From Limisphaerales bacterium (lineage in GTDB: Bacteria; Verrucomicrobiota; Verrucomicrobiia; Limisphaerales; UBA11358): 46,126 nt of DNA. Positions 44,988-46,126 of this stretch are shown here, piece after piece. The stretch's first letter is position 1; each line of letters starts with the position of its first letter. Where the stretch lies: NCBI GenBank assembly GCA_027451565.1, contig DAIDJC010000001.1:1-46126 (forward strand). The letters are read 5' to 3'. Both the position numbers and the translations under genes were made by a program. Under the pieces are notes generated by a model that saw nothing but the letters and a program-made list of their open reading frames with translations, made no database searches and was not told the DNA's origin.

Positions 44988-46126
44988 TCAGGACTGGCCG
45001 ATCCTGTGACAGAACATGGCATCCCGCAACTTGGGTTCAAACCATGTGCTTTTGGGAGGCATGATCCCTCCTCCATCGGCTATGGACATGAGATCTTCAA
45101 TGCTGGTTGGAAACATTGAGAAGGCACAAGCGTGGCCGTCTTGGTCCACCAACCGCTCCAATTCCCTTGAACCACGGATGCCTCCCACGAACTGGATGCG
45201 TTTGCTGGTGCGCGGATCGTCCACCCCAAAAACCGGCGCCAGAACATGTTTCTGAAGCAGGCTTACATCCAGACCCTCGACAGGATTGGAAACCCGGGTG
45301 AGTTCCGGTCGAAAAACCATTGAGCGCCATACTCCCTTAAAATAAAAACCCAACTCATGCTTGCGCGTTGGGACAGGATTCCCAGGCTCGGAACCCATCT
45401 CAAAAACCTTTTCCAGGCGCTCGAGAAGCTGGCCGGGTGACAATCCATTCAAATCCTTCAAGACACGGTTATACGGAAGAATCTGCATCTGGTTGTGGGG
45501 GAAAACCACCGCCAGGAACCGGCTGCAATGACCGGCTCCATGGCGGCTCTGGAAAACGCGGGCGGCGGCGGCGCTGCGGTGATGACCATCTGCAATATAC
45601 AAGGTGGAAATGCGGGAAAAAGTGGATTCCACCAGTTGAATATCCTCGGCGCTGGCCAGCCTCCATGAAGTGTGGCGAACACCATCCTGAGCGGTGAAAT
45701 CCACATCGGGCGCCTTGGAAATCATTCCACTTACCCAGCCATCAAAAGCTTCGCTGGCCCGGTAAGTCAGGAAGACAGGCCCGGTTTGGGCATTGAGCAC
45801 TTCGATGTGCCGGACACGGTCATCTTCCTTGTCTGGCCGGGTGAATTCATGCTTTTTGATGGTTCCCTGGAGGTATTCCTCACAACTGGCCGCCGCCACC
45901 AAGCCCACCTGCGTGTGCGCCCCCATGATTTGGCGGTACAAATAAAAAGCGGGCCTGGAATCCTGCACCAGCGATCCGCCAGCTATCATCCGTTCAAAAT
46001 TCTCCCGACCCCGCTCGTAAACTTCCCGCCCATAAAGGTCAATTCCGGGGGGCAAATCAATTTCCGGCTTGCTGACATGCAAGAAACTCAAGGGCCTGTT
46101 CCGCGCCATTTCCCGGGCCTCCTCGG
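44988..46126 (-). CDS. DUF1015 family protein (partial; N-terminus probably beyond the right edge)
   Basis: LYIADGHHRSAAA and the surrounding sequence are DUF1015 signatures. The frame stays open upstream of the Met at 46109 to the window edge (..EEARE-MARN), and the 373 aa in the window is short for this family. Confidence 0.8.
   Translation of the reverse strand, partial: EEAREMARNRPLSFLHVSKPEIDLPPGIDLYGREVYERGRENFERMIAGGSLVQDSRPAFYLYRQIMGAHTQVGLVAAASCEEYLQGTIKKHEFTRPDKEDDRVRHIEVLNAQTGPVFLTYRASEAFDGWVSGMISKAPDVDFTAQDGVRHTSWRLASAEDIQLVESTFSRISTLYIADGHHRSAAAARVFQSRHGAGHCSRFLAVVFPHNQMQILPYNRVLKDLNGLSPGQLLERLEKVFEMGSEPGNPVPTRKHELGFYFKGVWRSMVFRPELTRVSNPVEGLDVSLLQKHVLAPVFGVDDPRTSKRIQFVGGIRGSRELERLVDQDGHACAFSMFPTSIEDLMSIADGGGIMPPKSTWFEPKLRDAMFCHRIGQS

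Noticed and set aside
1-46126. Scan for CRISPR arrays, rRNA genes, IS/transposase, integrase or phage-like genes
   Set aside because: I saw no regularly spaced direct repeats, no rRNA-like conserved segments, and no ORF with DDE, tyrosine or serine recombinase or phage structural signatures.

Overview
46.1-kb, about 55% GC, gene-dense bacterial chromosomal window. PEP-CTERM protein, DUF420/SCO/cupredoxin-decorated oxidase cluster and weak Shine-Dalgarno signals suggest a Verrucomicrobiota/PVC-like organism, but this is a low-confidence inference. I see no rRNA, CRISPR array, transposase, integrase or phage genes. Content is mostly housekeeping: a partial CLC channel and a methyltransferase; tRNA-Tyr; a PhoB/PhoR-like two-component pair; thiG, a heptose-7-P kinase and panB; a LysR-controlled AaeXAB-like FUSC efflux operon with its own NodT outer-membrane factor; a GT2 glycosyltransferase; rpsT; a 1042-aa REC-PAS/GAF-kinase-REC hybrid sensor; rpe; a PEP-CTERM protein and a TPR protein; rimO followed by a DEDDy exonuclease and a nucleosidase-like gene; a DUF192 lipoprotein and a divergent DHPS-like gene; an 8-kb aa3-type cytochrome oxidase cluster; ribH and ribBA; an orphan kinase; lptD; a DUF486 protein, an N6-type methyltransferase and a CDF transporter; and a partial DUF1015 gene. 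I found no clear-cut novel multi-gene system. The best leads are (1) the oxidase cluster, which has an amicyanin-type blue-copper fusion protein, a roughly 70-aa insertion in subunit III, and two tiny translationally coupled membrane ORFs ahead of a displaced subunit II gene; (2) a DHPS-fold protein that seems to lack canonical catalytic residues; (3) a 24-nt motif (23/24 identical) present in two unrelated intergenic regions, each opening an orphan ORF that begins MSH; (4) an apparently frameshifted gene coupled by an ATGA overlap to a small EamA transporter; (5) several unusually long non-coding gaps with internal repeats or palindromes. All functional calls come from motif recognition by eye, with no database search.
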